Shown: positions 27,214 to 35,646 of the stretch, piece after piece
How the letters are laid out: every line of letters starts with the position of its first letter
Numbering within the stretch: the first letter of the stretch is position 1
Source: Bdellovibrionales bacterium
GTDB taxonomy: Bacteria; Bdellovibrionota; Bdellovibrionia; Bdellovibrionales; JAMPXM01
Length of the DNA stretch: 60,777 nucleotides
Direction: 5' to 3'
Assembly (NCBI GenBank): GCA_043746635.1
Contig: JAYTQQ010000191.1
Span: 1 to 60,777 of the forward strand
Made by a program: the position numbers and the translations under genes
The notes under the pieces: generated by a model
Databases searched by the model: none
Told to the model about the DNA's origin: nothing
Seen by the model: only the letters and a program-made list of their open reading frames with translations

Positions 27214-28050
27214 ATGATTTTCAAAGAGTGGATTCGTTTTGTTTACGGGATGGCTATGGGCACCTCGGTTCCTTATATTAAACCAACGAACCGTTTCATG
27301 TGGCCAACCGCTCTTAAGACAATTGACGATCACATGAGCCTTTTCTTAGGTGGAAGTGTGGTCTGCGGAATCTTGCACGACAAAAATCAAGTTGTTTTGA
27401 TCAATACGAACTCTGGCCCTGCGGCTTCGCAGCTCCATCAATATATTGAAAAAAAATTCAAAGCTACCACTCCGACTCTTTTTAATACGACCGCCTCAAA
27501 AGACTTCTTTGACGGAAACAAACTTTATCCTTCAGCGAACCAAATCTATCTGCCGAACGTGAGTGATCAAGCGCTTCATCATGAGTGGCAGAACTCACCG
27601 GCGACCGTGACAAAGATGGTGAACGAAAGAACTTTTGAAATTGCCGGAGAGACTCTGGTTGTTGTTCCGATATTAGAGAGTGCTTCTCACTGCGATCTCG
27701 CAATTTACCTTAAATCTCGTAAAATTCTTTTTTTAGGCGGACTATTTTATAACCGCATTCATCCTTTTTTGCGTCCCCTTGACGGAATGAACGTGGCAAA
27801 TTGGATTCGCAATCTCGATGCGCTTATGGGTCGTTTTCAACCCGAAACAATTATTCCTGCGGAGGGAGATCTTGCCGGACCAGCCGAATTAAAAGAGTTC
27901 GTTGATTATCTCAAAGCTCTGTCTAATCCCAAAATTGAGTTTTCGGATTGTCGCAAAACATACGACTGGCTCGAAATTCCTGGCCAGACTTCTCTAGAAG
28001 AAAACTTCGATCTCCTTCGAGAAAATATAAAATCCTTTACAAAATTCTAA
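27214..28050 (+). CDS. MBL-fold-like protein lacking the HxHxDH metal motif
   Basis: The layout resembles metallo-beta-lactamase-fold hydrolases (VVLINTNSG...; ESASHCDLAIYLKSRKILFLGGLFYN). The position of HxHxDH reads NTTASKDFFDG. Confidence 0.4.
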   Translation: MIFKEWIRFVYGMAMGTSVPYIKPTNRFMWPTALKTIDDHMSLFLGGSVVCGILHDKNQVVLINTNSGPAASQLHQYIEKKFKATTPTLFNTTASKDFFDGNKLYPSANQIYLPNVSDQALHHEWQNSPATVTKMVNERTFEIAGETLVVVPILESASHCDLAIYLKSRKILFLGGLFYNRIHPFLRPLDGMNVANWIRNLDALMGRFQPETIIPAEGDLAGPAELKEFVDYLKALSNPKIEFSDCRKTYDWLEIPGQTSLEENFDLLRENIKSFTKF

Positions 28051-28126
28051 ACAATAGACTTGAAAAAATCGGCGATGACTTCTTTCGCCGGCAGTTTCTT
28101 CATCATTGTGACAGTTTACGCAGGTA

Positions 28127-29683
28127 CTACTCTAGAATCTGTTCGACTCTCGGAAACAAGGGCCTCGCCTTGCTAATCAAAGTTCCCGGAGCAATTTTTT
28201 GAAAAATATTGAGGTCTTCGATGGCCGGTGCCTTAGACCAACCGACTTGCGCTAAGAGTTCAGCCATCTTCGTTGGCATTACTGGGCTTAGCAAAATTCC
28301 TGCGAAGCGCAGACATTCAAGGCTCACAAGCAAAGCTTCTGCGCCAATCGCGAGTTGCTCGGGATTGCCAGCCGATGTCTTAAGGCTTTTCCAGGGAGCT
28401 TGGTCTTCCATATATTTGTTGGCCGCTGATAATAAATCGGTGATAGCCTCAATCGCTCGATTCGGCGCCATCGCCATCACTTCAGTTCGTACCACTTCGG
28501 AAAGAGCTTCGGCTTGTTTCGCCAGGGCGAGCGAAGCAGGCATCACAAACTGAATTGCAGGAATCGCTCCTCCGAAAAATTTTTCGATTAAATTTGTTGA
28601 ACGGCTTAAAAGATTTCCGAAATTATTAGCGAGATCGGTGTTCACGCGCGCGATCACGAGATCTTGTGAAAACTGCGCGTCGTTTCCGAGGTGAATATCC
28701 CGGGTCAGAAAATAGCGAAGGCCATCGACTCCAACCATATTTTTCATATCAAGGGGCTTTACGACAGCCCCTTTTGATTTACTCATTTTTTCATTTGATT
28801 CGGTCAACCACCAGCCGTGAGCAAAAATTTGTTTAGGAAGTGGAGCTCGCAAGCCCATAAGCATGCTTGTCCAGTAGACGGCATGTGTGGTGAGGATATC
28901 TTTTCCCATGAGGTGAGTGGCGCCACAGGTCGTCCACCATTTCTCAAACTGTGCTTCGCCGCCAGGAACTTTGAAGCCGACGCCGACCGCGTAATTCAAT
29001 AAGGCATCGAACCAAACGTAAGTAACATAATCCTTGTCGAAAGGCATTTCGATGCCCCAGCCCATACGGGCTTTAGGGCGGGAGATGCAAAGGTCTTGAA
29101 GTGGTTTTTTTAAAAATCCCAAAACTTCGTTGCGTTTACTTTCTGGAGCAATGAAGGTCGGATTTTTTTCGATGTGAGCGATGAGCTCATCTTGATATTT
29201 CGACATTTTGAAGAAATAATTTTTCTCAGTAACGAGGCTGACTTCGCTCCCGGTGGGGGCTTTACCGCCAATTAGATCTTTTTCAGTATAAAAGATTTCG
29301 TCGGAGACCGAGTACCATCCGGTAAATTCTTTCGTGTAGATTTCGTCGCGTTCAAAGAGATCTTGCAGGCATGCTTGCACGGCTTTGACGTGCGTCGGTT
29401 GAGTCGTGCGGTAGAAAATATCGTAATCGATGCTGAGCTCTTTCCAGATATTTTGAAAATTCAAAACCATTTCGTCGCAATGGGCCTGCGGAGTGAGGCC
29501 GCGCTTCAGAGCCGCAGTTTGAACCTTTTGTCCGTGTTCGTCGGTACCGGTGAGGAACAAAGTCTCTTCGCCAAACATACGACGGTAACGGCGCAAAACA
29601 TCAGCGATGATAGTGGTATAAGCGTGACCAATATGGGGTGTATCGTTGACGTAATAAAGTGGAGTCGTAATGTAGAGAGACAT
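28127..29683 (-). CDS. metG: Methionine--tRNA ligase (short form, no C-terminal tRNA-binding domain)
   Basis: HIGH motif (TPHIGHAYT) and KMSKS motif (EKMSKSKG). Confidence 0.93.
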   Translation of the reverse strand: MSLYITTPLYYVNDTPHIGHAYTTIIADVLRRYRRMFGEETLFLTGTDEHGQKVQTAALKRGLTPQAHCDEMVLNFQNIWKELSIDYDIFYRTTQPTHVKAVQACLQDLFERDEIYTKEFTGWYSVSDEIFYTEKDLIGGKAPTGSEVSLVTEKNYFFKMSKYQDELIAHIEKNPTFIAPESKRNEVLGFLKKPLQDLCISRPKARMGWGIEMPFDKDYVTYVWFDALLNYAVGVGFKVPGGEAQFEKWWTTCGATHLMGKDILTTHAVYWTSMLMGLRAPLPKQIFAHGWWLTESNEKMSKSKGAVVKPLDMKNMVGVDGLRYFLTRDIHLGNDAQFSQDLVIARVNTDLANNFGNLLSRSTNLIEKFFGGAIPAIQFVMPASLALAKQAEALSEVVRTEVMAMAPNRAIEAITDLLSAANKYMEDQAPWKSLKTSAGNPEQLAIGAEALLVSLECLRFAGILLSPVMPTKMAELLAQVGWSKAPAIEDLNIFQKIAPGTLISKARPLFPRVEQILE

Positions 29684-29684
29684 C

Positions 29685-30749
29685 TTAGATTTGATCCTTG
29701 TGGGGAAAAACTTTTTTCATCAACTGATTAATTTGCTTTCGCATTTCTGGTAAATGGGTCATCGTTGATTTCATTTTCAAAAATTGTTGTATGGGCAAGA
29801 GTGGGGATCCACCGTAGTCGGCCTTTACGTCGATATTTTTGCTTACGGCTGATTGGGCCGCGAGGTTGACTCCATCGGTGACGTGAAGATGTCCGCCGAT
29901 GACGGTGTTACCGCCGGTGACAACAAAATTTCCGATGGAGCTAGAGCCCGCCATTTTCAAACCAGAAGTGAGAAGGCAGCCCTTTCCAACTTTGCAATTA
30001 TGTGCGATGTGAACTTGGTTGTCGGTCTTAGTACCGCGCCCGATGCGCGTTTCTCCGAAAGTTCCGCGGTCGATTGTGTTGCAAGCACCGATGTGAACGT
30101 CGTCTTCTATAATGACCCAACCCTGATGCGGAATTCGAAAGTGATTTCCGCTGCTGTCGTGCGCGTATCCAAACCCTTCTTTGCCGATGATTGTGTGAGA
30201 GGCAACTTCGCAGCGAGAGCCGATTTTCACTCTTGAGCCGATGACGACGAGCGACTGAATGGTAGAACGTTCGCCAATTTCAGAGTGAGCCTCAATGACC
30301 GAATTGGATCCGACGTAGGCCTGCGCCGCAATCTTCACGTGCGCGCCCAGCACGACTCCGGGCCCAATGAAAGCGGTCGGAGCAACCGTCGCGGAAGGAT
30401 CAATGACCGCAGAAGGGTGACGGCCTCCACCCGAAAAATCTCGATAAGGAGTCTGTAAAATAAAACGATCAATTGTTTTGGCCATCAAGAGTTCAGGATT
30501 GGGCGAGGAAATAATAGTTTGAGAGCCGGCCCGAGCGATCACGTCGGCAAATATTTTTTGGGGAACGACGATTCCGCCAGCTTTTGAGTTGAGCGCAAGA
30601 TCAACAAAATTAAGTTTGGTGCAAAAGACTAAAGAATTTTCGGAAATACTTTCTGCAGATGAGACGCCGTTAAAATTTTGATCTGCGGAGCCTTTGCATT
30701 CAATTGCCAAGTCAGAAAAAGCATTTTTGATCTGTGAAAAATTAAACAT
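29685..30749 (-). CDS. lpxD: UDP-3-O-acylglucosamine N-acyltransferase
   Basis: Typical LpxD N-domain, long left-handed beta-helix hexapeptide repeats and a helical C-terminus. There is a 1-nt gap to metG. Confidence 0.85.
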   Translation of the reverse strand: MFNFSQIKNAFSDLAIECKGSADQNFNGVSSAESISENSLVFCTKLNFVDLALNSKAGGIVVPQKIFADVIARAGSQTIISSPNPELLMAKTIDRFILQTPYRDFSGGGRHPSAVIDPSATVAPTAFIGPGVVLGAHVKIAAQAYVGSNSVIEAHSEIGERSTIQSLVVIGSRVKIGSRCEVASHTIIGKEGFGYAHDSSGNHFRIPHQGWVIIEDDVHIGACNTIDRGTFGETRIGRGTKTDNQVHIAHNCKVGKGCLLTSGLKMAGSSSIGNFVVTGGNTVIGGHLHVTDGVNLAAQSAVSKNIDVKADYGGSPLLPIQQFLKMKSTMTHLPEMRKQINQLMKKVFPHKDQI

Positions 30750-30900
30750 GCTTTATGAGTAACAATAGCGCCCCCTACTCACAATTCTTTATTCGCTGCG
30801 ATGCAAATCGCGAAGCGCTCGAGATGAAATTCAAAAAGCTTGTTTTCTGAAAATCTTTAGCCTAGCTTTCAGGTGTTATCCTACTTCCTGTGGAGGAGAA

Positions 30901-31713
30901 ATGGCGAAAAAGCCTGCGAAGCCCGTAAAGTCTCAAGCAAAAGCTAAAAAACCGGTTGCTGCAAAACCAAAAGCTACGGCAAAAGCTGCGAAGCCTGTCC
31001 CAACCAAGCATGCCCGAACGAAGGGCGCCGGAGCCAAGGCTCTCGCAGCCAAGGCTGTCGCTTCAAAAGCGAAACCTGAGAAAAAAGCGCCACCCTTGAA
31101 GCCGGCAGTGAAATCCGTAGCTAAAATTCCAGTTGCGAAGGCCCCCGCTGCGAAAGCGGCTCCAGAATTGAAAGCCAAAGCGAAAGCTCCGGTTCCAAAA
31201 GCGAAAAAAACTTCTGTTCCGTCAGTTATGGGGTCAAAGCCTAAGAAAGACGCAGACGAGATGGAAGATGAATTTTTAGACGACGATATCGAAATTGATC
31301 CTGAGCTTGCTGAATTCGTTGATGATGTGGCCGAACTTGAAGAAGTCGATGCAGAAGCCCAAAAAGCCCTCGCTGGAGGCTCAAGTGACGATGACGAAGA
31401 GGAGGAGGTCGCCGCTCCACTTAAGAAAACTCCAAAAGAGAAATCGGCTTCTGAGCGTCGTATAAAAAAAGAACGTGATTTACTGTCTGGGATTGATCGT
31501 AACGGTGATTTGTCTGAGATTTGGCAGAAATTTTTCGACACTCATAAGAATGAAAAAGCAAAACAATACAATATGCGCGAAACATTTGAGGCAAAATCCT
31601 CACTTCAACACGTCAAATTGGGCTGGGGCTTTATTCTGTCAAATATTAATGACCGCCTTGAAGTTTTATTCAAAGAAGGCATTAAAATTCTTATTTCAAA
31701 TTATAAATCTTAG
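30901..31713 (+). CDS. Tripartite protein: Lys/Ala/Pro-rich histone-H1-like N-region, acidic linker, small C-terminal beta-rich domain
   Basis: Strong RBS (GGAGGAGAA-ATG). Residues 1-115 are AKKPAKPVK...-type repeats. The acidic block is DADEMEDEFLDDDIEIDPELAEFVDDVAELEEVDAE...DDDEEEE. The C-terminal segment HVKLGWGFILSNINDRLEVLFKEGIKILISNY looks Tudor/DUF3553-like. Confidence 0.6.
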   Translation: MAKKPAKPVKSQAKAKKPVAAKPKATAKAAKPVPTKHARTKGAGAKALAAKAVASKAKPEKKAPPLKPAVKSVAKIPVAKAPAAKAAPELKAKAKAPVPKAKKTSVPSVMGSKPKKDADEMEDEFLDDDIEIDPELAEFVDDVAELEEVDAEAQKALAGGSSDDDEEEEVAAPLKKTPKEKSASERRIKKERDLLSGIDRNGDLSEIWQKFFDTHKNEKAKQYNMRETFEAKSSLQHVKLGWGFILSNINDRLEVLFKEGIKILISNYKS

Positions 31714-31834
31714 GGTCTCGTCAGTTCTATTGGCCTTAAGGGGCCAAACTCCATACAATTCTCCGACAGAATCAATGCTCTTTTTATTTTTGTTGTACTT
31801 TCATTATAAGTTCGACTAACAATATACCCCACAT

Positions 31835-32053
31835 ATGGCAAAAGACGATCTCGCTCAAATAGACGGAAAAATCATAGACGCTGGCGCTGGCGGCCTTTAT
31901 AAAGTCGAACTCGACAATAAAGTCGCTATCCAAGCAAGACTCTGCGGCAAGATGCGCAGATTTAATATTCGTGTCGTAGTTGGTGACCGAGTCACTGTCG
32001 GAGTCTCTCCGTACGATCCTTCCAATGGACTCATACTTTACCGCCATAAGTAA
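31835..32053 (+). CDS. infA: Translation initiation factor IF-1
   Basis: 72 aa with the S1-like fold signature RLCGKMRRFNIRVVVGDRVTVGVSPYD. Confidence 0.93.
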   Translation: MAKDDLAQIDGKIIDAGAGGLYKVELDNKVAIQARLCGKMRRFNIRVVVGDRVTVGVSPYDPSNGLILYRHK

Positions 32054-32077
32054 AAAACAAATAAATAGAGATTCAAA

Positions 32078-34972
32078 ATGACAATAGATTTTAATCAGTA
32101 TCTTCAGAAGATTGACGCTAAATTTGCTCCTAAATCTGTTCAAGCCGTACTTGAATTACATGCCGAAGGCGGAACGGTTCCGTTCATTGCCAGGTACCGT
32201 AAAGAAAAAACCGGCAACCTCGATGAAGTCGAGATCAGACACATTTTAGAAGCTTCAGAAACTTTCGCAGAGATTAACAAGCGACGCGAATTCGTTTTGA
32301 AAGAGATCGAATCTCAGGGCAACCTGACCGATGATATTAAAAAACGTCTCGACACGAGCTTTGATCTCGGCGAACTAGAAGAAATTTATCGTCCGTTCAA
32401 AAAGAAGAAGAAAACCAAAGCCACTCTCGCGCGCGAAGCGGGTCTCGAACCTCTCGCAAATTGGATTTGGTCTTTAGGTCACGGCGAACTCAAAGACGAA
32501 ACCACCCTCGAAGTCAAAGCAAAGGATTTTATCAATCCGTCACTTGGTTTCGTCACTTACGAACTTGCTTTAAAGGGTGCTCAAGACATTATAGTCGAGC
32601 GCATTTCGAACAATCCAGAACTCCGTGAAAATGTTCGCTCGAACTTTTTCGGATTCGGCAAAGTCGTTTCGAAAAGCACGAAAGAATTTAAGACTCATTC
32701 TAAATATGAAATGTACAAAGAATTTTCTGAAGGAGTTAAATCTCTTCAAGAAGCTAAGCATTCTCATCGTTACTTAGCGATGCGCCGTGGTTGGACCGAA
32801 GGCGAACTGGCCGTTACCATCGAAGGCGACGAAGTTTTGCTTTTAAAAAAATTCGAAACCGTTGCTCTTTCTCAGCCCGACAGCCTTGCGGCCCAGTTTC
32901 TTAAATCTTGCGCGCAGATTGCGCTCAGTGTTCACGTGTATCCTTCTATTACGAACGAAGTTCACCGCGTCCTTAAGGACAAAGCCGACAAAGATGCGAT
33001 CACCGTTTTTGCAGAAAATGTTCGACGCGTTTTACTCTCTTCACCTTTTGGTCCAAGATGTGTTTTGGGCGTGGATCCAGGCCTACGCACCGGTTGTAAA
33101 ATTGCTTTAATTGATAAGCAAGGAAACTTCATTTCGCATACGGTTCTTCACGTTCAAGGAAGCGACGCCGATTCTAAGGCGAAATCCTTGTTCAATGAAG
33201 TTCTGAAACAAATTAAAATTGACGCCGTTGCGGTCGGTAACGGAACAGGCGGGCGCGAAGCCGAAATTTTCTTGAGAAAAATCTTAAAAGAAATCGATGC
33301 CGCAATTCCTGTTATTATGGTGAGTGAATCAGGTGCCAGCGTTTATTCGGCAAGTGATGTGGCTCGGGAAGAATTTCCAGAATTGGACCTTACGGTTCGC
33401 GGCGCGATTTCGATCGCGCGTCGTTTGCAAGATCCATTAGCTGAGCTCGTTAAAGTCGATCCTAAATCAATCGGGGTAGGTCAGTATCAACATGATGTGA
33501 CTCAGACGCATTTGCAAAAAAGTCTCGAGGGCGTTGTTGAAAGCTGCGTGAATAACGTGGGCGTTGATCTCAATACAGCTTCGGCTCCTCTCTTGTCACA
33601 TGTTTCGGGTATTGGTCCTGCGCTCGCTAAAAATATTGTTGAATTCAGAAAAGCCAATGGTCTCTTTGAAGATCGCGCGCAGCTCATGAAAGTTGGAAGA
33701 TTCACCAGCAAAGTTTACGAACAATGCGGCGGATTCTTGCGCATCAACGGCGGAAAAGTTTTACTTGATCAAACCGGCATTCACCCTGAGCGCTACACGG
33801 CGGTTCGTGATATGTCGCAAGAAGTAGGCGTTCAAATTTCTCAACTTATCGGTGACGGAGCAAAAAAACTTCTCGAAGTCCGCACGAAGTGGGCAGCGCT
33901 TGTTGGTGAATTCACTTTCGATGATATTATCAAAGAACTAGAAAAACCAGGTCGTGATCCGCGTGATCCATTTAAGGTTTTTGCTTTCCGTGATGATATT
34001 TTTGAGATGAAGGATTTGAAGACCGGCATGATTTGCCCGGGTATCGTGAGCAATGTTACTAATTTTGGAGCATTCGTCGACATCGGCGTTCACCAAGATG
34101 GTCTCGTGCATTTGTCTCAACTTTCTCACCAGTTCATCGATGATCCACGCAAAGTCGTGAATCCGGGTGATCAAGTGACGGTAAAAGTTTTGACTGTCGA
34201 TCTTGATAAAAAACAAATTTCTCTCTCAATGCTTTTGGATGAACGTCCAAAACAAATGGCCCGTACAGATTCAGCCGAAGGTGATTCGCGCGAACCGAGA
34301 CGTCCTCGGGACGACCGTCCACGCCCGAGTCCTCGCGGACCACGTGCTCCCGGTGCGGCAGCCGAAGGCGGAAGACCTTCTCGGGACGACCGTCCTCGCG
34401 ATAATCGTCCGCGCCCAAGCGGCCCTGGCGGACCACGTCGGAATAATCGTCCTCCTAGAGATGATCTCATTAAGCCAGCGGTGAATCCGAACGAGAAAAA
34501 ATATCGTCAGGATTACCAAGATAAAATGGCAAGACCTTCAGGTGAACGACCTCCGCAAAGAGATGATCGTCCGCCAAGAGGCGACCGACCTGACCGTGGG
34601 CCAAGAAAAGACCGTGGAGCTGAAGAAACTCCAATGGCAAAAAATCTGACTCCGCAAGCGCAAGCTGAACTTTTTGGTAAACAACGTGAAGCGAACAAAC
34701 ACAAAACTGCGAGTCAGATTGTGCGCGAACGTTTAGCTGCAAAACCGCCGAAGAAAAAAGAGATGAAGAGACCTGAGCACCGACCTGTCGAATCAGAGGT
34801 TCCGACCGAAGTTCCGGCGACTCCTCAAGCGGATGGCGGAGAAAAACCAAATCCACGTCCGCAGCAGCAGCAGCAGCGTCCACCTCAACAGCAGCAACGG
34901 CCAGGACAAAGACCACAACAGTCGTCTTTTAATAATAATCCGTTTGCGGCTCTTCTTAATATTAAAAAATAG
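32078..34972 (+). CDS. tex: Tex/YhgF-like transcription accessory protein with S1 domain and a long low-complexity C-terminal extension
   Basis: N-terminus TVPFIARYRKEKTGNLDEVEIR. YqgF/RuvC-like, HhH and S1 (GIVSNVTNFGAFVDIGVHQDGLVHLSQL) domains are present. These are followed by about 240 aa rich in R/P/D/Q. Confidence 0.88.
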   Translation: MTIDFNQYLQKIDAKFAPKSVQAVLELHAEGGTVPFIARYRKEKTGNLDEVEIRHILEASETFAEINKRREFVLKEIESQGNLTDDIKKRLDTSFDLGELEEIYRPFKKKKKTKATLAREAGLEPLANWIWSLGHGELKDETTLEVKAKDFINPSLGFVTYELALKGAQDIIVERISNNPELRENVRSNFFGFGKVVSKSTKEFKTHSKYEMYKEFSEGVKSLQEAKHSHRYLAMRRGWTEGELAVTIEGDEVLLLKKFETVALSQPDSLAAQFLKSCAQIALSVHVYPSITNEVHRVLKDKADKDAITVFAENVRRVLLSSPFGPRCVLGVDPGLRTGCKIALIDKQGNFISHTVLHVQGSDADSKAKSLFNEVLKQIKIDAVAVGNGTGGREAEIFLRKILKEIDAAIPVIMVSESGASVYSASDVAREEFPELDLTVRGAISIARRLQDPLAELVKVDPKSIGVGQYQHDVTQTHLQKSLEGVVESCVNNVGVDLNTASAPLLSHVSGIGPALAKNIVEFRKANGLFEDRAQLMKVGRFTSKVYEQCGGFLRINGGKVLLDQTGIHPERYTAVRDMSQEVGVQISQLIGDGAKKLLEVRTKWAALVGEFTFDDIIKELEKPGRDPRDPFKVFAFRDDIFEMKDLKTGMICPGIVSNVTNFGAFVDIGVHQDGLVHLSQLSHQFIDDPRKVVNPGDQVTVKVLTVDLDKKQISLSMLLDERPKQMARTDSAEGDSREPRRPRDDRPRPSPRGPRAPGAAAEGGRPSRDDRPRDNRPRPSGPGGPRRNNRPPRDDLIKPAVNPNEKKYRQDYQDKMARPSGERPPQRDDRPPRGDRPDRGPRKDRGAEETPMAKNLTPQAQAELFGKQREANKHKTASQIVRERLAAKPPKKKEMKRPEHRPVESEVPTEVPATPQADGGEKPNPRPQQQQQRPPQQQQRPGQRPQQSSFNNNPFAALLNIKK
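34305..34440 (+). repeat. Imperfect roughly 75-nt direct repeat inside the tex tail
   Basis: ctcgggacgaccgtcc occurs at 34305-34320 and again at 34380-34395. gcggaccacgt occurs after each copy. The encoded repeats are RDDRPRP...GPR. Confidence 0.75.
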
Positions 34973-35124
34973 ATCTCTCTTAAACCGACCTGTCAAACTC
35001 TTTGGCAGGCTACACAGGAGCGACTTGGAGCCTCACAAATAACTAGTACAGGTCTTTGATCTATCCCGCGGGCCCTCTCTTGGCCTACTTAAAAAGCTAG
35101 ACTCCAGCACAACCACAAAGTGTT

Positions 35125-35168
35125 ATAAGATTTTGAACACAGAAGACATTCTATGTTCAAAATCTTAT
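35125..35168. promoter_or_regulatory. 15-bp perfect inverted repeat overlapping the start codon of the downstream gene
   Basis: ataagattttgaaca (35125-35139) and tgttcaaaatcttat (35154-35168) are separated by a 14-nt spacer. The right arm begins at the TG of ATG 35153. Confidence 0.5.
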
Positions 35169-35604
35169 TTGCTGTGGCAATTAGTTTCGTTTCTGTGACC
35201 CGCGCAACCGCCCCGCCCCGCTCAGTTGGGTTGAGATCAATCCGAGCGACCGTCTTTTCTTAAGCGACCTTACCTGCAATGACGGAAAAATAACCGCGAA
35301 GCTTCAATCTTCTACCGAAAAAATTGAAACCAGAACTTTCGTCGCGGATGGCGGTAAGCTCACTAAAGTCAGTGTCGAAAGCATGGTGATTGAGAAAGGT
35401 TCGAAGAATCCTCTCCGGAATGAAAAATTTCAACGTAGCTGTGGAGAGATTTTTATCACCGAAGACGGTCGAGGTATTTCGACGGGTACCGTAGGTACAA
35501 ATAAAGATCGACTCACCCGACCTAAAAATAATAAAGAGCTCAATGAATCGCTCGCGCTCTTAAAAGATTATGGTATTTATAAAGACTTATGTGATCATCC
35601 ATAA
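35153..35604 (+). pseudogene. Secreted-protein gene interrupted by a frameshift at a CGCCC repeat
   Basis: ATG 35153 encodes the signal peptide MFKILFAVAISFVSV..., then hits a stop at about 35261. A second frame is open from 35185 to 35604 (LSWVEINPSDRLFLSDLTCNDGK...DLCDHP). The switch point is accgccccgccccgc (about 35207-35222). Confidence 0.6.
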
Positions 35605-35646
35605 CGACGCGACTTCACTGCGAGCTTCGAAAATTCAGATCTCACG

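Noticed and set aside
30933-31541. 202-aa minus-strand ORF antisense to the H1-like gene
   Set aside because: It is an Ala/Ser/Phe-rich mirror of the Lys/Ala/Pro codon repeats. The plus-strand gene has a strong RBS and a folded C-terminal domain. The antisense ORF is a repeat artefact.
34134-34996. Cluster of minus- and plus-strand ORFs (63-148 aa) over the tex tail
   Set aside because: They are generated by the GC-rich, repetitive R/P/D codons of the tex C-terminal extension. The tex frame is continuous from the S1 domain to the stop at 34972.
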